Below, in pieces: positions 38,725 to 47,238 of a stretch of DNA of 53,108 nt. The translations under genes and the position numbers were made by a program. The DNA comes from a virus (lineage: Duplodnaviria > Caudoviricetes): the IMG/VR virus record IMGVR_UViG_3300031975_000697, positions 1-53,108 of that record, one strand, 5' to 3'. The notes below the pieces were generated by a model, which was not told where the DNA came from, did not search any database, and worked only from the letters and a program-made list of their open reading frames with translations. How positions within the stretch are numbered: position 1 is the first letter of the stretch; the number at the start of each line of letters is the position of its first letter.

Positions 38725-39428
38725 CTGTAACCCCCTGTTGAGTAGCGGTCGAAGTTGACGGCCTCGTCGTAGTCGAAGCTGTACTCGTCGCCCTCTTCCG
38801 GAGCGCCCCCGTACTGGGCCTGAGAGATCGCCTGAGCCTCTGCTCGGGTGAGTACGGTGCGAGTGCCTGGACCGTCGTCACGTTCGACGTAGCGCCGCTT
38901 GTTGGACTTGTTCATCTCGTTCGTCAGCTCGGTAAGAGCATCCGAGAGGCGCTTCTTGTCAGCTCCCGAAGAGGGGTAGGCCAGATCTGCGTAGCGGCTA
39001 ACGATGGAATCGACGTAGCGCTGGTTCCGCTTCCACATGGCCTCCAGGCCCTCCATGAGGTCGAACACCGCGTCGTAGAACCCGTCCACCGGTTCGATCA
39101 GGACACCGCGCTTCAGCAGCGACTTGACCTCGTCGACTCCGTAGCGGTAGCTGCCCTTGTAGTAGTCGTAGTCGGTTCGCTCCTGGCTGGCGATCTGGTG
39201 CCCGATGCCGACTATGGCGCGGTACTGAGGACGGTCCTCCATCTGGGAGACCTTCACCAGCGACCCCGGACGCTCCCAGAGGTGCGTGGCGATCGACTGC
39301 TCGACGTCGTCCTCCTCGACGACCCCCGGCCACTGGAAGGCGACGGAACGCGCCGCCCTCCGGATGGTCGGATAGAGGTCTTGGAGGATCGGCTCCAGCT
39401 CCTCGTAGCTGTACTCGTTCGTTGTCAA
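38721..39428 (-). CDS. sigma-factor-like HTH DNA-binding protein
   Basis: IRRAARSVAFQWPGVVEEDDVEQ region-2-like helix; syntenic with the Cluster A sigma-like gene. Confidence 0.7.
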   Translation of the reverse strand: MTTNEYSYEELEPILQDLYPTIRRAARSVAFQWPGVVEEDDVEQSIATHLWERPGSLVKVSQMEDRPQYRAIVGIGHQIASQERTDYDYYKGSYRYGVDEVKSLLKRGVLIEPVDGFYDAVFDLMEGLEAMWKRNQRYVDSIVSRYADLAYPSSGADKKRLSDALTELTNEMNKSNKRRYVERDDGPGTRTVLTRAEAQAISQAQYGGAPEEGDEYSFDYDEAVNFDRYSTGGYR

Positions 39429-39429
39429 G
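39417..39429 (-). promoter_or_regulatory. repressor operator/stoperator
   Basis: top strand GTTCGTTGTCAAG; overlaps TTG start. Confidence 0.85.
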
Positions 39430-39431
39430 TC

Positions 39432-40202
39432 CTAGACCTCCCAGGATCGTCCGTCGACCGTGAAGCGACCTTTGTCGATGGTCACGATCTCGGGCTTGAC
39501 GTACTGCGACTCGACGGTGATGATGCCGAATCCCATCTGCCAGTTTCCGGTGCCGCCCTTCAGGTAGCCGGCCTTGCGCATGTCCATGAGGTGGCCGACC
39601 TCCATGCCGTGGAGCTTGCGCTTGACCGTACCGCCGTATCCCTTCGAGTACGACCCGATGGCCAGACGGTGGGTGTGCCCCATCACGACCGACACATCGA
39701 ACCGCTTCGCGGCGTTCGTGGCCGTGTTGCCGGCGATCGGAGACATGCCGATCATGCCCCGGTGGCCGTGGGTGGAGATCCATCCCGGAGCGATGTCGTA
39801 GAACTCTGGCAGCAGCCTGATCCCGAACCCGTCGAAGTCGAGCAGGTTCTCGATGTTGAACGGGCTGTTGGCCTGAGCCAGCGCGGGGGCGTACTTCTCC
39901 AGGTACACCCGAGGCCGCTCGTCGTGGTTACCTTCGTGGACTCCGATGGGGCCGTCGTAGACGGCGCGGAGTGGCTCCAGGAACCGACGCTTGGCGGTGT
40001 CCACGTCCTCGAAGATGGAACCCTCGAACTCCGCTCGGGAGTCCTTCGTCCACCGGGACGGCTGCGGGAAGTCCATCAGATCTCCGATGTGGACTACCTC
40101 GTCGGGCTGGTACTCCCCGATGAAGCTGACGACCGCCTTGACCGCCTTCTGGTGGTCGTACGGCATCTGCGTGTCGGGGACGATAACGATGCGTTTCGTC
40201 AA
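39432..40202 (-). CDS. metallophosphoesterase (Bxb1 gp47-like, possible recombination directionality factor)
   Basis: PDTQ, HIGDLMD, GNHD, HGH, GHTH calcineurin-like motifs. Confidence 0.88.
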   Translation of the reverse strand: MTKRIVIVPDTQMPYDHQKAVKAVVSFIGEYQPDEVVHIGDLMDFPQPSRWTKDSRAEFEGSIFEDVDTAKRRFLEPLRAVYDGPIGVHEGNHDERPRVYLEKYAPALAQANSPFNIENLLDFDGFGIRLLPEFYDIAPGWISTHGHRGMIGMSPIAGNTATNAAKRFDVSVVMGHTHRLAIGSYSKGYGGTVKRKLHGMEVGHLMDMRKAGYLKGGTGNWQMGFGIITVESQYVKPEIVTIDKGRFTVDGRSWEV

Positions 40203-40203
40203 A

Positions 40204-40818
40204 CTAGTTGTCCTCCAGGGCCTCTGTGAAAGGACCTTGTCCGATTTTGTTGTAGTTGACCGGCCCTCCGTAGTTACCCCAGAGCCAGTCGTTGCACTCG
40301 GGGTACCACTTCCAGACTTCCCCGCCCGCTGATCGGGCTTTGGTGCCATCTCGCGGAATGTCCTGCTTCGACTCCCATACCCGAGGCTGGGCAGGCTGGT
40401 TGATGTGGCTCAGGAAGAACGAGTCCGACACCCTAGAAGAGGTGTGCTGCTCCAGGAGTTCTTTCTCCCAGTCCGCGATCGGCTCTGATTCCAACGCGTC
40501 CTGCGGTGCCGGAATTGTCGGGGAATCTGAGGTATCTTCTTCCTCGTAGATCCGCTCGGCGCAGCCGGCGTAGCCCGCGATGTCGGTGAACGAGTCCCGG
40601 TGGTATCCGGTGCCCTTCACCCTGGCTACCTTCACGAGGATCATCAGGTTCGCCACGTCGAGATCGGTGACCTCGATGCCGAAATAGGCGCCGAACAGCG
40701 CCGCGATGTCGCGGAAGTTTTCGCGAGGGTGGCCGTAGTTCTTGTTGCGCTCCCCGTGGATGAGCGTCTGAGCCTCTTCCAGGATCGAGTACTTCTCAGT
40801 TCCCAGGTCGATCGTCAT
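40204..40818 (-). CDS. MazG-like/all-alpha nucleotide hydrolase-type domain protein with C-terminal extension
   Basis: EAQTLIHGER..NYG.P..NF..IA, VKVAR, DSFTDIAGYA. Confidence 0.65.
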   Translation of the reverse strand: MTIDLGTEKYSILEEAQTLIHGERNKNYGHPRENFRDIAALFGAYFGIEVTDLDVANLMILVKVARVKGTGYHRDSFTDIAGYAGCAERIYEEEDTSDSPTIPAPQDALESEPIADWEKELLEQHTSSRVSDSFFLSHINQPAQPRVWESKQDIPRDGTKARSAGGEVWKWYPECNDWLWGNYGGPVNYNKIGQGPFTEALEDN

Positions 40819-41204
40819 TTGCTCTCCTCGATGATCTCGGTGAACACCGGGTCATCCCAGTAAATCCCAGGGTCGTCAGGGTAGTAGTAGGGGCCGTAAG
40901 CGCAGTTTGCTATGCTAGCGACCCATTTGGCCCTTGCGGTGTTGTACTCCCAGGCCCATCCGTCCTGGTCCACCCACTTACGCCCACGGCAGTCTCTGGT
41001 GAGCACAGCGACCTGCTCGGGCTTCTTCTGTTCCTTCTTCTTCTCGAAGACGTAAGCCCAGGTGCCCGAGGCGAACTCGGCCACTCCTTCGCCGGACTCC
41101 TTGTCTCCGATCCACAGGTGGCCTCGGCTCTCCGAGTCGGAATCCCAGTCGTCCGCATCGAACTCCAGGGCTCCGTAATCGCGTGTGACTACGGTGATGG
41201 TCAT
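40815..41204 (-). CDS. hypothetical protein
   Basis: 129 aa coupled ORF. Confidence 0.65.
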   Translation of the reverse strand: MTITVVTRDYGALEFDADDWDSDSESRGHLWIGDKESGEGVAEFASGTWAYVFEKKKEQKKPEQVAVLTRDCRGRKWVDQDGWAWEYNTARAKWVASIANCAYGPYYYPDDPGIYWDDPVFTEIIEESK

Positions 41205-41836
41205 TGCAACCTTTCCAGCAGAGCATCCCTACCCTGCGATATGACTAGTGAGTTGACGTCCTCGCCTGGAGGACAGGGGATTACCTTTGCGTTAGGTAGC
41301 GTCTTGGCCACCTTGTTGGCGAACTCCATGCCGGGCTCGTCACCGTCAGCGAGGAGGAAGACCTCCTTGTACCCGAGGAACAACTCTCGGAAGTACGGCT
41401 TCCACGTCTGTACCCCGGGGACTCCTACGGTCGGAATCCCGCAGAGGTGTGCTGTGATGGCGTCGAACTCGCCCTCGGTGATAGCAACCCGGTCGTGGTG
41501 CTCGACTAGCGCGAAGGTGTTGAACAGCCGAGGCTTGTCCCCGGCGAGGGTCAGATACTTCGGTGTGCCGTCGTCGAGACGGCGGAACCGCAGCGTGGCT
41601 ACCGACCACTTACGCCACGGAGACCACCGCATGTACGGGATAGCCAACATCCCCCGGAACATCTCATGTCCAGGGAGTGGGTCTGCTACGTATCCCAGAC
41701 CGAACGGGCTTACCTCCGGTCTCAGAAGTCCACGACTCGCCAAATACTCGGCGCCCGGACTTCCTGGCAGACTTTCGCGGTACTGCTGCGTGGCCTTCCA
41801 CAGAAAGTCCCTCTGTGATTCTGAGAGCCTCTGCAA
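41201..41836 (-). CDS. DNA primase, TOPRIM part
   Basis: YLASRG, PKY, ITEGEFD, DGDEPG. Confidence 0.9.
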   Translation of the reverse strand: MQRLSESQRDFLWKATQQYRESLPGSPGAEYLASRGLLRPEVSPFGLGYVADPLPGHEMFRGMLAIPYMRWSPWRKWSVATLRFRRLDDGTPKYLTLAGDKPRLFNTFALVEHHDRVAITEGEFDAITAHLCGIPTVGVPGVQTWKPYFRELFLGYKEVFLLADGDEPGMEFANKVAKTLPNAKVIPCPPGEDVNSLVISQGRDALLERLQ

Positions 41837-42056
41837 ACGAGACTCCTTCCTGTTCTCTGATGATCTTTATGGCATCCCCTCCTGCGTCGCAGACGAAGCA
41901 GTTGAAAGCGTTCAGCTCGAACGAGATCGACGCGGACTTGTTGGTGTCGCCGTGGAACGGGCAGAGCGTGGTGTTCCACCTCCCCCGAGCCTGCGGAGGT
42001 TCCCAGTCCGGGTGATACCGACGGATCACGTTGACGATCAACGAGTCATGTGCCAT
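41664..42056 (-). CDS. DNA primase, CHC2 zinc-finger part
   Basis: CPFHGD...FNCFVC..GGD. Confidence 0.9.
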   Translation of the reverse strand: MAHDSLIVNVIRRYHPDWEPPQARGRWNTTLCPFHGDTNKSASISFELNAFNCFVCDAGGDAIKIIREQEGVSFAEALRITEGLSVEGHAAVPRKSARKSGRRVFGESWTSETGGKPVRSGIRSRPTPWT

Positions 42057-42234
42057 ATCCTCTCCTGGCCTTGAAGGTGACGACCTGAGGGTCTTCCCCG
42101 CTCAGGGTCGATGTCACGACCACCGCCACTTCCGGAGGGGCTTCGATGACCAGCTCGTCCTTCTCGTAGTCCCAGAGCATCCTCAACGAGTCGATGACGC
42201 TGTCAGGCTTCGGATTGCCGATCATCTCGATCAT
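42046..42234 (-). CDS. hypothetical protein
   Basis: MIEMIGNPKPDS...; ATGA overlap. Confidence 0.6.
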   Translation of the reverse strand: MIEMIGNPKPDSVIDSLRMLWDYEKDELVIEAPPEVAVVVTSTLSGEDPQVVTFKARRGYGT

Positions 42235-42695
42235 GCTGCCTCCTCCATGTCCTCTACCGGGGCTCGGCGCTTGCCGATCACGCGGTGGGCCGGCGGCGTA
42301 CGCAGGTACCAATAACCACGCAGGAACGCGTCCTCTTCGTCCCTGAGATGCCCCACAACGTCCCGGTTGCACGGACCGCATAGAAGGCCCCTGACGAAAC
42401 CCGTCTCGTGGCAGTGGTCGACTGAGAGCTTCTTCTTCCCGGTGCCCTTAGCGCGCCGGCAGATGTAGCAGGCGCCGCCTTGGAAGTCGTAGATCGCCCA
42501 GTACTCCTCGGGTTCGAGGTCGTAGTACTTCTTGATCCGCTTCTCCCAGGCGGTGTCCCGCGTGCGGGCGCGCTTGGCGCGCTGGTGAGTCGTGCAGCGT
42601 TTTCCGGGAGCGTCCTTGCCGTTGCGGAGCTTGGCGACCTTCCGGGGGGAGGTGATACCCTCCTTCTTGCAGTCGACGCAGACGACTTCAGCCAC
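42231..42695 (-). CDS. endonuclease VII (Holliday junction resolvase-like)
   Basis: QGGACYIC...VDHCH..G.VRGLLCGPCN. Confidence 0.92.
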   Translation of the reverse strand: MAEVVCVDCKKEGITSPRKVAKLRNGKDAPGKRCTTHQRAKRARTRDTAWEKRIKKYYDLEPEEYWAIYDFQGGACYICRRAKGTGKKKLSVDHCHETGFVRGLLCGPCNRDVVGHLRDEEDAFLRGYWYLRTPPAHRVIGKRRAPVEDMEEAA

Positions 42696-42853
42696 TATTC
42701 AATCCACCTTCGGTTCACGATCGAGATGCACTCGTCCCAAGTGGTTTGGTGCAGAGTGGCCCACACTCCCTGCCACTCACCCTCGTAGAGAACCGTGTCC
42801 AGCAGAGCTTGGATGTGCCAAGTGCCTTGGATCTTCTTGATCCGGTACTTCAC
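42695..42853 (-). CDS. hypothetical protein (52 aa, MKYRIKKIQGTWHIQ...)
   Basis: translated by hand; GAGGAG RBS; stop overlaps Endo VII start. Confidence 0.55.
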   Translation of the reverse strand: MKYRIKKIQGTWHIQALLDTVLYEGEWQGVWATLHQTTWDECISIVNRRWIE

Positions 42854-42943
42854 GGCTTCGCTCCTCTCTGACCTCTATGACGAGCAGCCACCAACTGAGG
42901 AAACCCCAGCCGGCGACTAGCCACGCCACGAGAGCCTGCCCGC

Positions 42944-43165
42944 TCAACGGATGCCGAAGTAGGCCTTCCGCGCTGCGGCCTGACGCTTCTCTGCCTTGAC
43001 CGTCTTGCGGAAGCTGAAGACGACCCCGATACCGACGACGAGCACCGTCAACACGACCGGAATCCACAGCGGCGCCAAGACCCACAGCCAGGACCAGGCG
43101 ACGATGCCGGTCAGCTTGAGGACCAAGAACACGAGGAACAGCAGACCTCCGAGACCGATGTGCAT
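42944..43165 (-). CDS. small membrane protein
   Basis: FLVLKLTG...WSWLWVLAPLWIP motif, 2 TM. Confidence 0.8.
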   Translation of the reverse strand: MHIGLGGLLFLVFLVLKLTGIVAWSWLWVLAPLWIPVVLTVLVVGIGVVFSFRKTVKAEKRQAAARKAYFGIR

Positions 43166-43515
43166 CAGGCGACCGCCTTGGGGGTGATGTCGAACTGCGA
43201 CAGCAGCTTGATCGCCTGCTGGCGACGGGTGCCGACCCGGCTCAAAGCCGAGACGACGGACTGGATCTCGGCCTCGACGGCGGCGAAGTGCGCGCTCTCG
43301 GCGTCCAGCCAGGCTTGGAAGTAGTCGACCTTGGCCTGCTCGTAGGCAGCCTTCTGGTCGATCATGTCCTTCAGATCCTCGACAGCATCGTCGAGGCTGT
43401 GGTAGATGCCGAACAGCTCATCGGCTGCCGCGACGTTGCTCTCCAGGACGTGGGCCGCGTAGGAGAGCTCTGCGACACTCAACTTGTCGAGCGTGGGGTT
43501 GTTGGGCATGGTCAT
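43165..43515 (-). CDS. hypothetical protein
   Basis: MTMPNNPTLDK...; GAGAGGG RBS. Confidence 0.7.
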   Translation of the reverse strand: MTMPNNPTLDKLSVAELSYAAHVLESNVAAADELFGIYHSLDDAVEDLKDMIDQKAAYEQAKVDYFQAWLDAESAHFAAVEAEIQSVVSALSRVGTRRQQAIKLLSQFDITPKAVA

Positions 43516-43550
43516 GTGTTGTTGTTTCCCTCTCACTTTTTTGTGTTGTG

Positions 43551-43700
43551 CTACTTCATCATTCGCCGGACCCACCACGAGGACATCTTCTTGGTGCCCT
43601 TGTCGAGGACCGACACTTTCTCTTCTTTGGACTCGTCTTCATCGAGATCTAGTTCGATACGGGCGATCTCGTACCCGAGGATGTTGAAGCGGAGGGTCAC
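43551..43700 (-). CDS. hypothetical protein (49 aa, MTLRFNILGYEIARIEL...)
   Basis: translated by hand; GTGA overlap. Confidence 0.6.
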   Translation of the reverse strand: MTLRFNILGYEIARIELDLDEDESKEEKVSVLDKGTKKMSSWWVRRMMK

Positions 43701-43822
43701 TGGAATCCCTCCCAGTACTTGTCGATGATTTCCTCCGAGACGGACAGCGCGTGCTCGTCGAGCAGCCCTTCCTTGTCCAGGAAGACCAGGAAGTCCTCCA
43801 ATAACTGGTCGGTGGTCTCCAT
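43697..43822 (-). CDS. hypothetical protein (41 aa)
   Basis: METTDQLLEDFLVFL...; coupled both ends. Confidence 0.55.
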   Translation of the reverse strand: METTDQLLEDFLVFLDKEGLLDEHALSVSEEIIDKYWEGFQ

Positions 43823-43965
43823 CAGACCGCCTCCTCCAGGTAGTAGGGGCGCTGGTGTCGCAAGTTCGTGTACCGGGTGAATCCGCCGAACCCGTTGAAT
43901 ACGGTGATCCGCTTCTTATCGAAGTTGGCGAACTTCGGGAACTCGGTGTCGTAGTGGTGCTTCAC
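43822..43965 (-). CDS. hypothetical protein (47 aa)
   Basis: MKHHYDTEFPKF...; GTGA overlap. Confidence 0.6.
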   Translation of the reverse strand: MKHHYDTEFPKFANFDKKRITVFNGFGGFTRYTNLRHQRPYYLEEAV

Positions 43966-44216
43966 CGCGCCGCCTTGGCGAAGCGCTCCGCGATCCTCTC
44001 GACGTTCTCGGCAGAGACGTTGCGGGCCAGCCCGTTCGACAGCTCGACGCCGGCCACCTTGGTCTCGATGATCCGGGGCTTCCGGGGGTCCTCCGACTCC
44101 GGGTCGATGGCCTTGTGGGTCCACGACGTGGGCCTGGTCTGATCCAGAGCCTTGACGATCTGCTGGTGCAGCGGGTTGGCCTTGCTCTTGGCGAGGGCGT
44201 TCGGGGTAGCGGTCAT
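43962..44216 (-). CDS. hypothetical protein
   Basis: MTATPNALAK...; AGGAG RBS. Confidence 0.7.
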   Translation of the reverse strand: MTATPNALAKSKANPLHQQIVKALDQTRPTSWTHKAIDPESEDPRKPRIIETKVAGVELSNGLARNVSAENVERIAERFAKAAR

Positions 44217-44245
44217 GGTTGCCTTCTCCTGTGTGTTGTTGTGGT

Positions 44246-44800
44246 TCAGATGATCTCGAACGACATCTTGTTGCCCTCGCGTCCCGCCAACTGCCCTCGG
44301 TAGGTGTCGGCGTACACCTGGAGCCATCGGTGGTGGCACTGATCCGGGCGGATGTACTGCCGATCGCCGTAGAGGAACGTGCCGACGAACTCCGACTGGA
44401 ACTCGTAGTGGTAGGTCATCGTCTGGACCTTCTCCCAGACGCGGGAGAACGTGCGCCCGGAAGCGACCACGTCATCGACGAACAGCCAACGCTTTCCGAG
44501 GAATCCCTCGACCGGTAGCGAAGAGTGTGTGCCGTCGTTGTCCTTGCGTACGACGAGGTAGTACTTGCCCAACTTCCGAGCCAGCTCGGACACCGCAAGC
44601 GTCCCGGAAAGCCCTGTGCCGACGAGGGTGTCGTACTCCAGAGAGTCTGGAACGAAGTGGTTGAACCGTTCCATCAGCTTCGTCGGGTCGTGGACGACCT
44701 CCATGTACATACACCTGAGGTCTAGGAATGGCGGCTGCGGAGCTTCCTCCTCGCCGAACAACTGCGTGGTGTCGAAAGTAGCCTTGAGAGATACCATCAT
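44246..44800 (-). CDS. phosphoribosyltransferase
   Basis: GTGLSG, VVRK, WLFVDDVVASGRT PRPP-binding motif. Confidence 0.88.
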   Translation of the reverse strand: MMVSLKATFDTTQLFGEEEAPQPPFLDLRCMYMEVVHDPTKLMERFNHFVPDSLEYDTLVGTGLSGTLAVSELARKLGKYYLVVRKDNDGTHSSLPVEGFLGKRWLFVDDVVASGRTFSRVWEKVQTMTYHYEFQSEFVGTFLYGDRQYIRPDQCHHRWLQVYADTYRGQLAGREGNKMSFEII

Positions 44801-44806
44801 TCTTCC

Positions 44807-44819
44807 GTTCGGTGTCAAG
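44807..44819 (-). promoter_or_regulatory. repressor operator/stoperator
   Basis: top strand GTTCGGTGTCAAG. Confidence 0.85.
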
Positions 44820-44940
44820 TATTCGAGCAGCAGACGGGGCACTCCTCTGACCTGCCCCAATAGTCGTCGCTGATAATCCAACCGGCCCCGAAGGGGTCGT
44901 CGTACTCGGGATCAAAGGACCCGTGCTCTTTGCAGAGCAT
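44815..44940 (-). CDS. small Cys-rich hypothetical protein (41 aa)
   Basis: MLCKEHG...CPVCC; TGATG overlap with helicase. Confidence 0.5.
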   Translation of the reverse strand: MLCKEHGSFDPEYDDPFGAGWIISDDYWGRSEECPVCCSNT

Positions 44941-45746
44941 CAGGAAGAGTCCCTGATCTGCATCGTGTCGCCGTCGAAGTCGAGCCTGACGAAGTCCTGT
45001 CCCGAGGCGTCCATCTTGCCTCCTCGGTTCTTCACCGTGGAGACGTTGAGAGAGTCGTTGCCGAACTCAGCCGGCACCCTGTGCAGCGTCAGGATCATCT
45101 CCGGAACGCGGCTGATCTGGCCCTTGACACCCGAGAGCGGTATGGGCTTGTCAGCGTCGTTGTAAGTCCCGGTGACGTGGTGCAGTCCGATGATGCAGGC
45201 CCCCGTCTCGCGGGCCATCTCGTGGAGGTAGTCCATCATCGACTCCAGTCCAGAGAACGGGTCGTCATCCTCCTCGCCGCCCGTGCCTCCTCGGACGTTG
45301 GTGATGTTGTCCACGACGATCAGACCGGGGAAGTCCTCGTACAGCGCGTCGTAAGCCTGTATGGCGTCCTCGATCTGGCCCAGCGACGGGGATGCCCGGT
45401 AATTGAACCGGATCGGGATCTCCCCCAGTTCTCGGGAGATCTCCTCCAGGTCTCCCTCCCGGACCTTCGTCGTCGCCTTCTCCATCGTCCACTCCGCGAT
45501 GATCGCCGCCGAGCGGGACAACTGCGTGAACGCGTCGGAGTCTGCCGAGAAGTAGAGAGTCGGCACCTTCGACTTGAGCGCGTACGTCAGCACGAACGCT
45601 GACTTGCCCGTTCCGGGGCCGGCGCAGATCAAGCAGAGCTGTCCACGGAGTAGGCGCGTACCTCTCTCGTCGAGAGACTCGAACACCGTAGGTAGCGGAT
45701 CACCCGCTGATCCCTTGATGTTGAGAGACTGTTTGAGCGTGTACAT
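44940..45746 (-). CDS. DnaB/RecA-like ATPase (helicase)
   Basis: Walker A AGPGTGKS, YFSAD, IVVDN, VKNR. Confidence 0.9.
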   Translation of the reverse strand: MYTLKQSLNIKGSAGDPLPTVFESLDERGTRLLRGQLCLICAGPGTGKSAFVLTYALKSKVPTLYFSADSDAFTQLSRSAAIIAEWTMEKATTKVREGDLEEISRELGEIPIRFNYRASPSLGQIEDAIQAYDALYEDFPGLIVVDNITNVRGGTGGEEDDDPFSGLESMMDYLHEMARETGACIIGLHHVTGTYNDADKPIPLSGVKGQISRVPEMILTLHRVPAEFGNDSLNVSTVKNRGGKMDASGQDFVRLDFDGDTMQIRDSS

Positions 45747-45893
45747 TCACCAACCGACCCTTCCGATGCGGTCTACGCGGTCCGGGCGCTCCAGGTCCGC
45801 TACGCGGCGCGTGAGCGCGTCCACCAGGCGCTCCAGCCGTGCGATCCGCTGTTCGGTGTCAAGTCTCGTGGGGGGGTTGTAGATCTGCTTCAC
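45747..45893 (-). CDS. small coiled-coil hypothetical protein (48 aa)
   Basis: MKQIYNPPTRLDTEQRIARLE...; GTGA overlap. Confidence 0.55.
   Translation of the reverse strand: MKQIYNPPTRLDTEQRIARLERLVDALTRRVADLERPDRVDRIGRVGW
45851..45863 (-). promoter_or_regulatory. repressor operator/stoperator
   Basis: top strand GTTCGGTGTCAAG. Confidence 0.85.
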
Positions 45894-46198
45894 TTCGTTC
45901 CCTTTTTGATGCCGGAGTCGATGATCGCCTGGCCGCGTTCGTGAGCCGCATCCTCGGCCTTGATGCCGTCGCGGACCAGCTCGATGAGCTCGGTAGGTTG
46001 GACCTTCAGCGTCTTCCGGATCTCGTGATGGCTCATGCCGTTACGGTTCATCCGGAGAACTCCAGACGCCTCGTGGAAGGGTCCAGGCTCCCGGACCAGA
46101 TCCCGATTGCGGGGCAGGTCGATGTCTTCGCCGGCCAGCATCTCGAATGTGTCGTAGTTCTTCTTGCTCAGGTACTTGTTGAACGGGTTGGGGATCAT
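45890..46198 (-). CDS. hypothetical protein (possible HTH)
   Basis: MIPNPFNKY...; GMSHHEIRKTLKV. Confidence 0.65.
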   Translation of the reverse strand: MIPNPFNKYLSKKNYDTFEMLAGEDIDLPRNRDLVREPGPFHEASGVLRMNRNGMSHHEIRKTLKVQPTELIELVRDGIKAEDAAHERGQAIIDSGIKKGTK

Positions 46199-46440
46199 GA
46201 TGCCTTCCAGGACATGTCTGCTTGTAGTGAGTACGCCTCTCCCTGAGGCGATCTGACGACTATCTCTCGCTCCAGGTATGCCTTCTTGTGGTTCTCGGCG
46301 AACAGCAGCGCTGCTTCCTTCTTCGGGAATGGGTAGGCACACGCCACGGTGTGGACTCGTCCCTCGAACATGATCGGACCCATCTCGACCGCGAACATCG
46401 TGCCTTGTTCGATGTCAAGTTTGCGTCGATAGCTCTGCAT
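46195..46440 (-). CDS. hypothetical protein
   Basis: 81 aa; YPFP...AA..FA motif. Confidence 0.65.
   Translation of the reverse strand: MQSYRRKLDIEQGTMFAVEMGPIMFEGRVHTVACAYPFPKKEAALLFAENHKKAYLEREIVVRSPQGEAYSLQADMSWKAS
46407..46419 (-). promoter_or_regulatory. repressor operator/stoperator
   Basis: top strand GTTCGATGTCAAG. Confidence 0.85.
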
Positions 46441-46709
46441 CAGGCCCTCTGGAATAGATTTTGGAGGTATTCCAGGAGAGGGTCTGACGGCTGCGTGAAG
46501 ATAGGCTTCTCGTCGCTCCCCTCGGGAGGGAACCAGGCGTCCCAGAATCGGCCAGTCTTCGAGACTCCAGTACGGAACTCCCAGTCGGCCTTAGGAACTG
46601 CCACGCCTTCGAGGCAGTGCAGGCACCTGTAGGTTCCTGCATCCGACCACTTCATGTAGTTCGAGAACGTGACTTCGTCACAGCCTTGGCACCATTCCTG
46701 CTTCATCAC
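46440..46709 (-). CDS. zinc-ribbon hypothetical protein
   Basis: CQGC...CLHC. Confidence 0.65.
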   Translation of the reverse strand: MMKQEWCQGCDEVTFSNYMKWSDAGTYRCLHCLEGVAVPKADWEFRTGVSKTGRFWDAWFPPEGSDEKPIFTQPSDPLLEYLQNLFQRA

Positions 46710-46924
46710 TACTCCCCGAACGAGGCGAAGAAGTCCTCCGTGCTGACGTCGAGCGTGATGGTCCCGTACTCGCCGTTGGTGCCTCGGTACTCGACCTGCG
46801 TCTGCTCGAAGTCGGCTCCGTTCGTGGTCACTCCGTAGACCGCGATGACCTCGTGGATGAACTCGTACCCCAGCTCGTCGACGACGTAGTCGAGGATAAG
46901 TTCGTTGATGATGTCTTCCAGCAT
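46709..46924 (-). CDS. acidic hypothetical protein
   Basis: 71 aa; GGAG RBS. Confidence 0.65.
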   Translation of the reverse strand: MLEDIINELILDYVVDELGYEFIHEVIAVYGVTTNGADFEQTQVEYRGTNGEYGTITLDVSTEDFFASFGE

Positions 46925-46927
46925 GTC

Positions 46928-47209
46928 TCAGCTCCGTTCGGTGTCAAGTTTGTAGCCGGCGTCGATGGCGCGCTTCGCGATGCGCCTTTGGTTGAGCTTC
47001 GTGGATGAGGACAAGGCGTTGTACGCGGGATACAAGATTCGGGCCAGCTCCTCGACCGCTTGCTCGTCGGCGTCTATCCTTCCGAATCTGTTCTTGATGA
47101 CCTTGCCGTTCTCGATGATTACATCGGCCCTTTGCTCGTCGTCGTTGAACAGGTACTTCCTGTCCTCCACGTTGACGATCAATCCTTCGCTGACATTTAC
47201 AGGGCTCAT
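46928..47209 (-). CDS. hypothetical protein
   Basis: 93 aa; AGGAAGG RBS. Confidence 0.65.
   Translation of the reverse strand: MSPVNVSEGLIVNVEDRKYLFNDDEQRADVIIENGKVIKNRFGRIDADEQAVEELARILYPAYNALSSSTKLNQRRIAKRAIDAGYKLDTERS
46936..46948 (-). promoter_or_regulatory. repressor operator/stoperator
   Basis: top strand GTTCGGTGTCAAG. Confidence 0.85.
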
Positions 47210-47223
47210 GCTCTACCTTCCTC

Positions 47224-47236
47224 GTTCATTGTCAAG
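47224..47236 (-). promoter_or_regulatory. repressor operator/stoperator
   Basis: top strand GTTCATTGTCAAG, intergenic. Confidence 0.8.
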
Positions 47237-47238
47237 TC

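Noticed and set aside
42777-42947. Possible small membrane ORF (LSGQALVAWLVAGWGF...)
   Set aside because: Overlaps the better-supported 42695-42853 ORF by 77 nt; cannot be resolved from sequence alone.
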